Shown: positions 37,037-46,844 of the stretch, one piece after another | Layout: the number at the start of each line of letters is the position of its first letter | Numbering within the stretch: position 1 is the stretch's first letter | Sequence record: MN276049.1 | Length of the DNA stretch: 64,000 nt | Strand: one strand, 5' to 3' | From: Acinetobacter phage BS46 | Translations under genes and position numbers: made by a program | Notes under the pieces: generated by a model | The model's input: the letters and a program-made list of their open reading frames with translations, nothing else | Told to the model about the DNA's origin: nothing | Databases searched by the model: none

Positions 37037-37474
37037 TCAGATTAAACCTAAGTCAAACAGACTACTATCAGCTTTAACTTTTATGTGCTCACCTTCAATG
37101 TTGTAATGATATGTTGGATAATCATCTTCTTCATATTGCGAGTAACCAATCAAGCCTGACTGAACATAAGGTGTAATAAAGTTAAAGAATAAATCAACCT
37201 CATTATCATAGTTTTTAAAATCACTAAAACTCACTAAATAATATCGTTGTGAGATGTCATTATACTCTAATTTTGTAACATTGAAAGGTGTAAAATAAAA
37301 ACTAGAACACAATAACATAAAACCCCATCTTGGTGTTTGAAATAATGGGTGGTTTGGTAACTTGTGTTTGTCTATCTCAATCTCTCCAACCATCATTTTT
37401 AATGCTGAAATAACATCGTCAGGTGTATTCTCATTTAGTTTAAGGTTGGTATGAATTTGTGTGTACATTCCCAT
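37037..37474 (-). CDS. hypothetical protein
   Basis: 145 aa ORF. Confidence 0.45.
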   Translation of the reverse strand: MGMYTQIHTNLKLNENTPDDVISALKMMVGEIEIDKHKLPNHPLFQTPRWGFMLLCSSFYFTPFNVTKLEYNDISQRYYLVSFSDFKNYDNEVDLFFNFITPYVQSGLIGYSQYEEDDYPTYHYNIEGEHIKVKADSSLFDLGLI

Positions 37475-37484
37475 TGTAATTTCC

Positions 37485-37754
37485 TCAGTCAGTACAAATT
37501 AATAAAATTTTATTATAAGCAACAACACTGTTAGTCTCATAATAAATATAATTACATTGTTCTTCAGTTAAATGGTGTGATAATACAGAGTTAGCTAAAA
37601 CATATTGTCCAAATAACTGCTGTCTAGTTCCACTGTTCCATTTAAGATATAATTTATTTAACTCTTTAATAGTCATAATACTATTCCTATTGTTCAGTGT
37701 AGGTGATTTATATAGTATGACATGGTGTAAAACTATTGTCAATAAAAAAGACAC
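37485..37754 (-). CDS. hypothetical protein
   Basis: 89 aa ORF. Confidence 0.4.
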   Translation of the reverse strand: MSFLLTIVLHHVILYKSPTLNNRNSIMTIKELNKLYLKWNSGTRQQLFGQYVLANSVLSHHLTEEQCNYIYYETNSVVAYNKILLICTD

Positions 37755-37794
37755 CCGAAGGTGTCTTAATTTTAAGCTTGTCTTAATTTAAATA

Positions 37795-38478
37795 TTATTC
37801 AGAAGTATTTTCTGATTTACCATGTTGTAACTTCAATGCTTCAAGTTTACTTTCAATTGAAGCACGAGGAGCTGATTCATATTTCTTCTCAACGTTCTCA
37901 CCAAGTTTCTCAGAAATAATCTCTTTAGCTTCTACAGATGCTTTGGCTTTCTGTACACGTTTACGTAAGTCATCAATGTTATAACCAAATGTTCCATCAA
38001 CACCACCCAACATATCAGCGCGTAAATTATAAGCCTTTTCTTCAATAGCCATTCTACGAATCTCTGTCTCTAAACTGCGCTTCTCTGCTTCTAGTGTTTG
38101 GATATAATTTAACTGTTGTGCAATAACAGGCTCTAAAATATTGTTAGACTGTTGTAAGCTATTAATTGTTTCAGTAAACAGCTCTACCCGATTGAGTGCT
38201 TGAATAGCATCTTCATCATTACCCGCTTTAACTGCACGAGCTGCTGTTTCATTCATTAATGATACTTGCTGATTTAAAGTTTTAATCTCATCTTTGTTCA
38301 TTTGAACTTGAGTTTGAGCTTCAGTTAAACGTGTACGAAGTGTCGTAACTTTACCATCAATCTTGCGGATAATTGCACCCCCTTCACGTTTAATATCTAC
38401 TACATTGTCCAATACTTTTTCAGCTTTCTCAGTTACTACGTTAGATGATACTGAAAGTAATTTAGATAACCATGACAT
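37795..38478 (-). CDS. PspA/IM30 (phage-shock protein A / Vipp1)-like coiled-coil protein
   Basis: 227 aa; N-terminus MSWLSKLLSVSSNVVTEKAEKVLDNVVD and long heptad-repeat coiled coil with AARAVKAGNDEDAIQAL resemble PspA family. Confidence 0.5.
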   Translation of the reverse strand: MSWLSKLLSVSSNVVTEKAEKVLDNVVDIKREGGAIIRKIDGKVTTLRTRLTEAQTQVQMNKDEIKTLNQQVSLMNETAARAVKAGNDEDAIQALNRVELFTETINSLQQSNNILEPVIAQQLNYIQTLEAEKRSLETEIRRMAIEEKAYNLRADMLGGVDGTFGYNIDDLRKRVQKAKASVEAKEIISEKLGENVEKKYESAPRASIESKLEALKLQHGKSENTSE

Positions 38479-38545
38479 AATGTCTCTCCTTTGTTTAATT
38501 AAATTAGGAGGAGAATAAATTTCTCTCCTCTTGTGTGTTTGTATA

Positions 38546-39040
38546 TTACTGGTTTTTTAAAATGTTTGTCAACAAGTTTGTATAATTAATTTTATATTTT
38601 TTATATAAAACCATATCTTGTTGATCTAAAAGTTTACGTATTGTTTCTACCTTACCGTTAAATTCATTATAAAATGCATTTACATTTCCGCAATCGTAAC
38701 CGATACCATTAGTTACTTTTACATTAAGATTTACTAACTCTCTGAATGAGTAAGTTGCCTGATAGTTAGACAGTTTATAAACAATAAAATAATCAAAACG
38801 TCTAGAATCATCGAGATATTGCTCATAATCAATAAACAAATTCTTGTAGTTTAATGTTAAATTATCAGCACACCATTGATAATTAAGAATAAACTTCTCT
38901 TTATTGTTTGCTTTTACGTAGGTTGAACCATGTAAAGTTTTCTCTGTCTCCAATTTATCACCACTACGAATAATAAACCATATGAATAGAGCAATTGCTA
39001 TACATAATATGAATAACCACCAAATCATTTTAATCTCCAA
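38546..39040 (-). CDS. membrane-anchored protein, paralogue A
   Basis: N-terminal TM; C-terminus DQQDMVLYKKYKINYTNLLTNILKN similar to next gene. Confidence 0.45.
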   Translation of the reverse strand: MEIKMIWWLFILCIAIALFIWFIIRSGDKLETEKTLHGSTYVKANNKEKFILNYQWCADNLTLNYKNLFIDYEQYLDDSRRFDYFIVYKLSNYQATYSFRELVNLNVKVTNGIGYDCGNVNAFYNEFNGKVETIRKLLDQQDMVLYKKYKINYTNLLTNILKNQ

Positions 39041-39542
39041 TAATGTTTTTCATAAGACATTTATAACTTACACCGTACTTAATGTAAAGTTTAATATCTT
39101 CTGAATCATGAAAGTCCCTAACTCTGTTTACAATTTCGTTAAACTCAACCATAAAAGAATACACCCAAGTCGGAGCTTCTTTGTCCTGACAACACGTAGT
39201 TTCATAAATCTTTGTTTTTGGGAACGGTAGATTGTGAGGGTATATATACTTGAATCGGAAATGATCACCCATTACCATAACGTGATTATACAACCAATAC
39301 CTACCACCATATTCTGTTTCAGATGTGTCAGTAAATACATTATTGGACACCCCAAATGTTTTACAAGCCCAAAGATAATTAGCTTTGTATTCAGCTTTTA
39401 GATTCTCTAAACCACTTGTTCTTACCCATGTTATAGGTGATTTTTCTTTATCTGATTTTCCATATTCATTCCACCAATACTTTAGTATTAATAATAGCAT
39501 TAAAAATAAAGCAACCAGTGTAGCAAATATAAAACCTTCCAT
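39030..39542 (-). CDS. membrane-anchored protein, paralogue B
   Basis: N-terminal TM; C-terminus DSEDIKLYIKYGVSYKCLMKNII. Confidence 0.45.
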   Translation of the reverse strand: MEGFIFATLVALFLMLLLILKYWWNEYGKSDKEKSPITWVRTSGLENLKAEYKANYLWACKTFGVSNNVFTDTSETEYGGRYWLYNHVMVMGDHFRFKYIYPHNLPFPKTKIYETTCCQDKEAPTWVYSFMVEFNEIVNRVRDFHDSEDIKLYIKYGVSYKCLMKNIIGD

Positions 39543-39575
39543 TAACTATCTCCCGAATGTTTCATGAGATTTACC

Positions 39576-40061
39576 TCAATTTAAAGTGTCTACAAATGAT
39601 AATCGAATCATAACTCTTTTGCAAGCACTTTTTACACGTGGACTTTGATGATATTCACGATGATATTTATAAATACTGTTTGGTAATGTTTCACCAATAA
39701 ACTCATTATATGTATAGAACTTTGTACCACCTGTACTTGTATATAAGAAGTGTGTCTCTTCTTTATTAGGGTGATTAAGATCGTTTGTCCAATCTAAATG
39801 AACTTGATTAAGGTCGTCACCTGAATCTCCAGCTTTAAGATCACGAACTTTAACATCAAGATAACAGTGATCATACTTTTCAAATAATCCTTCTGTATGT
39901 TTTAATATTTCATGTATAATTAACTGAATAGTAGGGTGGAAATTACAAACAACTGATTTGAGATGATCCTCAGATAAAACTTTTTTATACTTACAGTAAG
40001 TTAGTGGAATGTTTTTTGTTCTTGAAAGTGTTGTCAAAGACAGTGTTTTTACGTGTTCCAT
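39576..40061 (-). CDS. hypothetical protein
   Basis: ATG 40061 after GGAGA. Confidence 0.45.
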   Translation of the reverse strand: MEHVKTLSLTTLSRTKNIPLTYCKYKKVLSEDHLKSVVCNFHPTIQLIIHEILKHTEGLFEKYDHCYLDVKVRDLKAGDSGDDLNQVHLDWTNDLNHPNKEETHFLYTSTGGTKFYTYNEFIGETLPNSIYKYHREYHQSPRVKSACKRVMIRLSFVDTLN

Positions 40062-40122
40062 ATATTTCTCCAAAAGAAAACGGATAACATAAGCTACCCG
40101 TCTTGTGTTAATAATATATTAA

Positions 40123-40614
40123 TTAATAATCAGGATCACAATATTCTGATACATAACTAACAACACCATCTTTGTACTTGACTCGTACTTCATAGTTTGT
40201 ATCATTCACATCATCAATAAATGAAGCGAAGTTAGTGATACCTTCTTCAAAACTCTGATTATTTGCGTAACGTGTATTAATAGTTGTTTTATTTTCTTCA
40301 TCGTACTCAAACAACTCCGTATATACATCATCACCATCAAAACGATCATATATATATAGATCATCGTTATCAAAACCCCACCGATTAGGACTAGTTACAA
40401 GACTGTAATCATAACTATGTGTACATTCATCACCATCATTCCATGTTGGAGTAGTGCCTCTAACAACTAATGCGAAATTACCATGATTTTTACCAATAAT
40501 TTCTGCGTAAGCTTCAATGTGTTTTGAAGTTAATTGACTTAGTTTTGATTGATATTCCTTTTTAATTTCAAGGTATTCACCAACTAATTTCATTGCTTCA
40601 TTCGATTGTGTCAT
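40123..40614 (-). CDS. hypothetical protein
   Basis: 163 aa ORF. Confidence 0.45.
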   Translation of the reverse strand: MTQSNEAMKLVGEYLEIKKEYQSKLSQLTSKHIEAYAEIIGKNHGNFALVVRGTTPTWNDGDECTHSYDYSLVTSPNRWGFDNDDLYIYDRFDGDDVYTELFEYDEENKTTINTRYANNQSFEEGITNFASFIDDVNDTNYEVRVKYKDGVVSYVSEYCDPDY

Positions 40615-40626
40615 TTTATATCTCCT

Positions 40627-41031
40627 TTATTGTGTTACACTTGTTTTTAGATCAATATCTGGAATAATCACTTCAGGTTTAAATGTTACTTTATAGTGAT
40701 AAACACTTACATTTGCTCCATCAATTTGCTCTGAGAAATAACTAATGTTATCAGATAGACCTAAGAAATGTTTCTTGTAACTATTTTCACCAGTCTTACA
40801 TGTTACTTCAAGCTGGTTGTCTGCACCATCTGCTTTTAATGAGCATTTACCTTCAATAGTTAACATATAATCACCAGTAATTCCATTGTAGAAAACTACT
40901 CGTCTATTCAATTGAAAGTTATCAGCAGCTTGAGATAAGTTACTAGATGCAACCTGTGCATCATTAGTACAAGCAACTGCACTTAAAGTTAATAGACCAA
41001 CAACAATAGCTTTAATAAATTTATTTAACAT
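40627..41031 (-). CDS. putative lipoprotein
   Basis: MLNKFIKAIVVGLLTLSAVAC: signal peptide + lipobox-like AVAC; GGAG RBS 7 nt upstream of ATG 41031. Confidence 0.5.
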   Translation of the reverse strand: MLNKFIKAIVVGLLTLSAVACTNDAQVASSNLSQAADNFQLNRRVVFYNGITGDYMLTIEGKCSLKADGADNQLEVTCKTGENSYKKHFLGLSDNISYFSEQIDGANVSVYHYKVTFKPEVIIPDIDLKTSVTQ

Positions 41032-41142
41032 TTTAATCTCCAATTTCATCATAACCAACTAAAAAATCTTCTCTACTTTTAATATCATACCAGTTATGAA
41101 TCAAAAGTTCAAGTGATTCAATTTGTCTATCATACAAACCCA

Positions 41143-41346
41143 TTAATTACCTCCGACCTTCCACGGATAAAATTTCAAATCTTTAGTATGTAATAAAGCA
41201 TGAACTGGTAATATTTCTGTTCCATCAAACGATCCAATCCTCATCTTTTGAACGTGTGTTAGATACTCCCCGTGTTTAGTAACACGAAACCATGTTTTAC
41301 TTTTCTCGTGGTAACACATTTGATGAAGCATTTTATCATTACGCAT
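41143..41346 (-). CDS. hypothetical protein
   Basis: 67 aa ORF. Confidence 0.4.
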   Translation of the reverse strand: MRNDKMLHQMCYHEKSKTWFRVTKHGEYLTHVQKMRIGSFDGTEILPVHALLHTKDLKFYPWKVGGN

Positions 41347-41565
41347 AATATAACCTACTTTTGAACACAGTATGCATCTTTTATTGTATCACGCTTAACA
41401 CTAAATTGTTGTGCTGCAATACAACGTTCTTTACTTGTAAATTCAACATGATCAATAGCAAGACCTGAACTATTCCAACTTGATGTGATTAATATTAAAA
41501 CCCACATTTTATATCTCCAATAAAAAGATGACTATCAACTTGGGATAATCATCTCATTAATATAT

Positions 41566-42174
41566 TTAGTTGTCAACTAATTTCTTTAACTTTTCCAAAA
41601 CTAATTGGAAATTATCATTCACTTGATATTGTTGTGGTTGATTATATAAACCTTCAGTAATAAAAGAATTACCTAAAACAACACTACTTTCTTCAACAAA
41701 ACCATGTTCCTTTACAATCCATATTGTACCTTTTGAACATGATACGGAATGAACAAGATCACTCGGTAGAAATATTTCAGAACCTACTGGTAATTGTGTA
41801 GATTCAAGTCTCCAATTACTTATACCTGTTCTTACTAAACCATTACCACCATTTAAAGGAGATCGATACACATATGTTTTTAAACGAACTGACTCAGCGT
41901 TATAGTAAGACTGATCAGTTTCTTCAAGTGCAACATGATGTTCAAAACAACCATGAACAACACCAATAGTTAAATCATAACGATGTGAGTGAAACTGAAT
42001 ATCAAAAGGTTTAATCTTTTTATTAGCAATAAAGATACGAGTTAAATTACCATTCTCTGTTCCACCAACAACTAAACTAAACACACCTTTTAAATGTACA
42101 TCAGCTAATGATTTAGTTAATGTTTCTGGATCAATATGACCAGTCATTAATTCAAATACCTCATCAAAAATCAT
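41566..42174 (-). CDS. hypothetical protein
   Basis: 202 aa ORF. Confidence 0.45.
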   Translation of the reverse strand: MIFDEVFELMTGHIDPETLTKSLADVHLKGVFSLVVGGTENGNLTRIFIANKKIKPFDIQFHSHRYDLTIGVVHGCFEHHVALEETDQSYYNAESVRLKTYVYRSPLNGGNGLVRTGISNWRLESTQLPVGSEIFLPSDLVHSVSCSKGTIWIVKEHGFVEESSVVLGNSFITEGLYNQPQQYQVNDNFQLVLEKLKKLVDN

Positions 42175-42367
42175 CAGTAATACCCTCCTTTTTACTCGAA
42201 CACTTCAAAGTTTTCTAAATGATCTACACTAATATAAAAGCCACAAACATATAACGGTACTTTATCAATACCACCAAACAATTCTACAGTAGCTTGACTA
42301 CAAGTGTAGAAAACTAATGTGTTGCTGTAACTTTGGCGAACGTATACACAGATATCATTACTCATAT

Positions 42368-42574
42368 TTAATCTCCTTGACTAATATCAGTCTCAAAAAT
42401 GATCGTCACAGTGTGTCGCTCAATTGGTTCTTGCATATAATTATCTGTCATACATAATGCCACACTTGAAGAAACTTGTAGTGGAATGTGCTTCGTGCGT
42501 TTAATATATTTATCAATTTCATATTCAACATCAAACCCTGTATTTTGTGAAAATACTTTAACAATCTTAGCCAC
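42368..42574 (-). CDS. hypothetical protein
   Basis: 68 aa ORF. Confidence 0.4.
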   Translation of the reverse strand: MAKIVKVFSQNTGFDVEYEIDKYIKRTKHIPLQVSSSVALCMTDNYMQEPIERHTVTIIFETDISQGD

Positions 42575-42658
42575 ATTAATTAACCTCCAAATAAATTTAT
42601 ATATACATAATAAAACAGACTCAACGTTTATGTCAAGTCTGTTATGATAATATTTATA

Positions 42659-43198
42659 TTAAACCTTATAGAAATGCGATATCAAATAACTTGCTACCTC
42701 TCTTGCAGTTTTGTTGTCACCATAAACAAAACCAACTGCACCTGCAACTTGATCAACCTCTATACTTTTAGGTTTTAAAAGATTAGCATTAATACTCTCA
42801 GGTTTAATTCTCCACTCATATCTTGAGTTAATTAAATCACCTAATGTGAAATCTTCTTCATCAGTAATAAGATAAATGTCACTCCAAGCTCGTGTGTTGT
42901 CATCTGTTTTATATCGATACTGAATCTCTTTACCTGCTTTAATAAGTCGCGGTACATCAATAGCATCAATAATCTCACCATTAGCATAATCTTTTTTCAT
43001 CTCACTTTCCTGTTTTTTAGGTAATTCAATTAAGTGTTTAACAAGCCATTCGTCACTATTTAATGATACACGCCATTCATTAGCACTTGGTAGAAAAAAA
43101 TACATAGTATCATCAATTTTTAAATACTTAGTAACCGATGTTCCTTCAGGGAAATAGTGTGTTGCATCATTTGGATCATTTCTTTCTAATATACTCAT
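42659..43198 (-). CDS. hypothetical protein with N-terminal NDPNDATHY motif (relative of small ATHY family)
   Basis: MSILERNDPNDATHYFPEG resembles N-termini of genes at 55345-55914. Confidence 0.45.
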   Translation of the reverse strand: MSILERNDPNDATHYFPEGTSVTKYLKIDDTMYFFLPSANEWRVSLNSDEWLVKHLIELPKKQESEMKKDYANGEIIDAIDVPRLIKAGKEIQYRYKTDDNTRAWSDIYLITDEEDFTLGDLINSRYEWRIKPESINANLLKPKSIEVDQVAGAVGFVYGDNKTAREVASYLISHFYKV

Positions 43199-43855
43199 TT
43201 AACTTCCTTTCGTAAACCTAACATCAATAATTTCAGCATCACCAAAGATTCTAGATTTAACTTCATCCAGATCAAAGACATTACGATTACCTACTACAAT
43301 AATATCTTCAACAATTAGGTCTGGTAGATCGTCCGATGTTTCTAAACTATCTAATTCTAATACTGATTTACCCGATAGTGCAGCTAAATGTGACTTCAAC
43401 GTACAACTATCACCATGAAAAATTAACACAGGACGTTTATCAAAAATACGTTCTGGAAATGCTGTGAATAATTCTAGATTAACATGAACATAACCATGAG
43501 GATAGTAACTATCACCACCATCATCAGAATAACTAAACACTTCGTTATCTATTTCTTCATCCCCAATATCAAACTCAATTTCAGTTTTCTCATTAATATT
43601 ATGAGTCCAACCAGCAAAGTTATTAACTTCTTTTAGATCAATATAACCAAATGAAGCTGTACACCAACCACTACCACATTCACCTTCCAATTCCCATAGT
43701 GATAGCTCATATTTCTTACCATAAAATCCTGTAAGTAATAACACATAACGTTCAAAAATTTCTGGTGTGTATTCAAAGTCACAGTTATGACCATTAACAC
43801 TATCACCAACGTATTTTTCTACACGCAATCCTAATACATTATAACGTTGTAACAT
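43199..43855 (-). CDS. hypothetical acidic protein
   Basis: ATG 43855 after GGAGAG (track start over-extended). Confidence 0.45.
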   Translation of the reverse strand: MLQRYNVLGLRVEKYVGDSVNGHNCDFEYTPEIFERYVLLLTGFYGKKYELSLWELEGECGSGWCTASFGYIDLKEVNNFAGWTHNINEKTEIEFDIGDEEIDNEVFSYSDDGGDSYYPHGYVHVNLELFTAFPERIFDKRPVLIFHGDSCTLKSHLAALSGKSVLELDSLETSDDLPDLIVEDIIVVGNRNVFDLDEVKSRIFGDAEIIDVRFTKGS

Positions 43856-44135
43856 TTTTACTCTCCAACTTTTCTTCTTCAAGTTTGTATAATTTACGAC
43901 CTTCTTCATCACCTAAAGGTAATAGGTATTCAGCAGGAACAGCAACACCTTTACCTTTACTAGCAAAAGTAAGACGCTCAAAATCACCCTCTATTATCCA
44001 ATAGTCTTTTCTGAAACCAAATCCAACTGTTATACCTTCACCTTGAAAACCGACAAGTTTTACAACTTTCATAAGATTTTCAGGGTAAGTTGCTTTAAGA
44101 ATTAATGCTAATCCACCAGCTTGCAATCTACTCAT
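43839..44135 (-). CDS. hypothetical protein
   Basis: 98 aa ORF. Confidence 0.4.
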   Translation of the reverse strand: MSRLQAGGLALILKATYPENLMKVVKLVGFQGEGITVGFGFRKDYWIIEGDFERLTFASKGKGVAVPAEYLLPLGDEEGRKLYKLEEEKLESKNVTTL

Positions 44136-44250
44136 TTCTTAATACCTCTATCAGCACGTTCATCCTTTGCTTCTACTCGAACAACAAAAATTAAATGTAA
44201 AATAATTGGTAGAAACAATAAAAACGCAACAATTAAGCAGTCTATAATGG

Positions 44251-44487
44251 TCATTTATTAACACCTCTTTTATTCCAACCATCAATACGTTTAATACATT
44301 TTAACAAACAATCCATTTCAATTATCACATCATTACCGTTTTTATTACCGATAATAGCGTGACACATTTTTAGTTGCAATCCAACATGATATGGATAGAT
44401 TTGAATTACATAACCACCATACTCAACTCTTGTAATTTCATCTTGAGTTGGGTATACAATCATATTTACAGCTTTCCAATGTTTCAT
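44251..44487 (-). CDS. hypothetical protein
   Basis: 78 aa ORF. Confidence 0.4.
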   Translation of the reverse strand: MKHWKAVNMIVYPTQDEITRVEYGGYVIQIYPYHVGLQLKMCHAIIGNKNGNDVIIEMDCLLKCIKRIDGWNKRGVNK

Positions 44488-44496
44488 AAATAATCC

Positions 44497-44937
44497 TCAT
44501 AACTCATTAATTACATCAAAGATATTATCTTTTATGTGTTGGTATAAGTCAAGACGTAATCGACCATAGTCAGTAGTCATGTCGTACAAGTTTACAGAAT
44601 AATCATAGGCTACTTCCTGAGGAGTTACGGTGGGATGTCTTATGTCAACTATTTCACGAATCAGCATACACTGTTCTTGATCTTCGCGGAACGGTACAGG
44701 GTATGAATAACTCCCACTGAAATGTCCCCAAGACCTAAATAAAGACCTTGATATGTCTTCTGTTTTTCCACGCACATCTTTATTAGTTATATTATCTTCA
44801 ATTAAATCGAACAAATTATGACAAAGACCAAACGTTTTTGAAAAGTAACCGAGTTGGCTTGTCCCATCTTTGAGAAACTTTTCAAAATCTTTGAATACTT
44901 GGTTAATCATTAATATGTCTTGTTCAGTAATTTTCAT
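44497..44937 (-). CDS. hypothetical protein
   Basis: ATG 44937 after AGGAGA. Confidence 0.45.
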   Translation of the reverse strand: MKITEQDILMINQVFKDFEKFLKDGTSQLGYFSKTFGLCHNLFDLIEDNITNKDVRGKTEDISRSLFRSWGHFSGSYSYPVPFREDQEQCMLIREIVDIRHPTVTPQEVAYDYSVNLYDMTTDYGRLRLDLYQHIKDNIFDVINEL

Positions 44938-45060
44938 GTTGATTCTCCTGTTAATGTAAAACAAATATATCAGACAATAAAAAAGAGGTCAACAATAAAT
45001 GCAACCTCTTTATAAAATATTATTCCTAAAAATATTTAGTAATCATCTTTAATGTTCATC

Positions 45061-45264
45061 TCACTCTCCTAATAACCTTACTGTGTTCTTTAATTTAAGT
45101 GTTAAAAACTCAACAAGCTCCTTTTGATCTTGAACAATAGTGTAATCTGAAATTTTACACAATGTATGGTAATCAAATTCTAAACTTTCAAGTTTTTCAA
45201 CTTCCTCTTTAAGCTTCTCTGCACGTTGAATTAGTTGTGTTAATGTTTCTTTCATGATATTCAT
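45061..45264 (-). CDS. hypothetical coiled-coil protein
   Basis: 67 aa ORF. Confidence 0.4.
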   Translation of the reverse strand: MNIMKETLTQLIQRAEKLKEEVEKLESLEFDYHTLCKISDYTIVQDQKELVEFLTLKLKNTVRLLGE

Positions 45265-45266
45265 TT

Positions 45267-45815
45267 TTAATCACCATCTTCCAAATCAAAGTTATTCTTA
45301 ACATACTTCAATAAGTTCTCAACACTCTTAAACTCAACACCGTTTATTGTTACATATTTAGGAGCTTCACGAAACTTAATATCAGAACGTTTAATATATT
45401 GCATAGCGCCTTCAGTAAGGTTATGCCACTGAGAGTTATCTGTTTCCTCTCCTAACATATACTGAATCTTCTCACCATTCAACCACTTCTCAATAAATTT
45501 GAGTCTGTCTTGAGTTGATGTGTTAGGTGTTGCAGTATTTCTTTCCCATAATACCTTACCCATACCTTTGTGCAATTCTTTGATTGTACCTTTAATCCAA
45601 GTGTTATTCGAGGCATCATTAGCATCAGTGTAATACTCATGGAATACCTCTCCATCGTGTTTTACAAAGTAAAGTATATCTTCACCGAAATATCTATCTA
45701 GTAAGAAAATCTCAGCGCCTTCTGGAACTTCGATTAAATCTTCGACACTAAATCCTGAATGATGATCTGTTAGCACATAATCACCATACATGTTTTTGAC
45801 TAAATACTCTTTCAT
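45267..45815 (-). CDS. hypothetical protein
   Basis: 182 aa ORF. Confidence 0.45.
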   Translation of the reverse strand: MKEYLVKNMYGDYVLTDHHSGFSVEDLIEVPEGAEIFLLDRYFGEDILYFVKHDGEVFHEYYTDANDASNNTWIKGTIKELHKGMGKVLWERNTATPNTSTQDRLKFIEKWLNGEKIQYMLGEETDNSQWHNLTEGAMQYIKRSDIKFREAPKYVTINGVEFKSVENLLKYVKNNFDLEDGD

Positions 45816-45826
45816 TTCATTCTCTA

Positions 45827-46117
45827 CTACAAGTTGAAGTTAATAAAATTATGTACATTATAGCAATGTTGACAAACAGAATAAATATCTTTACCTGTTC
45901 TGCTTCCAACGCACATATAATTTTCATCACTATGAGAGTCACAGAACCAGCAATCACCTTCTTCAAACATTTCTGGATTGTCTTGAAGTGTTTCAATCAT
46001 GTAAGGATGTTTTAATACATACAATGCTCCAATATGATTGAATTGTTGCTTGTGATACGCAATATCATCCTTTGTAATACTAAGTTCGTTGATAATAATG
46101 TCGTTAAACTCTTTCAT
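45827..46117 (-). CDS. hypothetical zinc-finger protein
   Basis: CWFCDSH...CQHC; ATG 46117 after GAGGG. Confidence 0.45.
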   Translation of the reverse strand: MKEFNDIIINELSITKDDIAYHKQQFNHIGALYVLKHPYMIETLQDNPEMFEEGDCWFCDSHSDENYMCVGSRTGKDIYSVCQHCYNVHNFINFNL

Positions 46118-46136
46118 TTTAATACCCTCTAAACAA

Positions 46137-46715
46137 TTAAATATTACTACATACATAATTAACCATTTTGTCAAAACCCTTATTGCTTGTCAACACATTC
46201 TCTTCAATAGTTTTAAATAAACTATAAGAATCTTTAAACATTTTGCATTTTGACTTACGAATTTTATGATATTCAACATTATTTACACCAAACATTTTCT
46301 TCATGTTTAGCTTAAACTTACGCATATCCCAAATATCATTGTAAAATACTTCGTCACCAACAACAACCATTACTTCATGTTTAAATACTTTGTGAACAGG
46401 GGTCAGGAAGTATCGCTTGTACGGTTTTCTTTTCATAACATATTGTTCTTCATTATATAACTTACCATCGTAAACAACATCATCTGATTTGTATAATGAT
46501 CCATAACTGGTACGACCCCAAGTAGAATAAGCGTAGTAACGGTCACTGTTTAAATGAAGTGGGTTTAGGTAGAAAATCTTGGCAGTTTTACCAAAATATT
46601 TTCCACGACATTCAGGATTTATTTGCAGGTGATTGTGCTTATATTTCCACATATCTCCACCATGATACGCACAATTGTCACTAGAACATTCACAAACTTT
46701 TTCAATTGCAGCCAT
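46137..46715 (-). CDS. hypothetical Cys/His-rich protein
   Basis: ATG 46715 (MAAIEKVCECSSDNCAYHGG). Confidence 0.4.
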   Translation of the reverse strand: MAAIEKVCECSSDNCAYHGGDMWKYKHNHLQINPECRGKYFGKTAKIFYLNPLHLNSDRYYAYSTWGRTSYGSLYKSDDVVYDGKLYNEEQYVMKRKPYKRYFLTPVHKVFKHEVMVVVGDEVFYNDIWDMRKFKLNMKKMFGVNNVEYHKIRKSKCKMFKDSYSLFKTIEENVLTSNKGFDKMVNYVCSNI

Positions 46716-46844
46716 TATTTCTAACCTTATATATAAGTTTAAATTCATTATGACAAAGTAGTCTAACGTAATCAATATTTTTTTAAATTGTGTCGAAATC
46801 ATTTCTTTTCCAAGAGGAAATTTCTAGACGCAATTGTTCTAATT

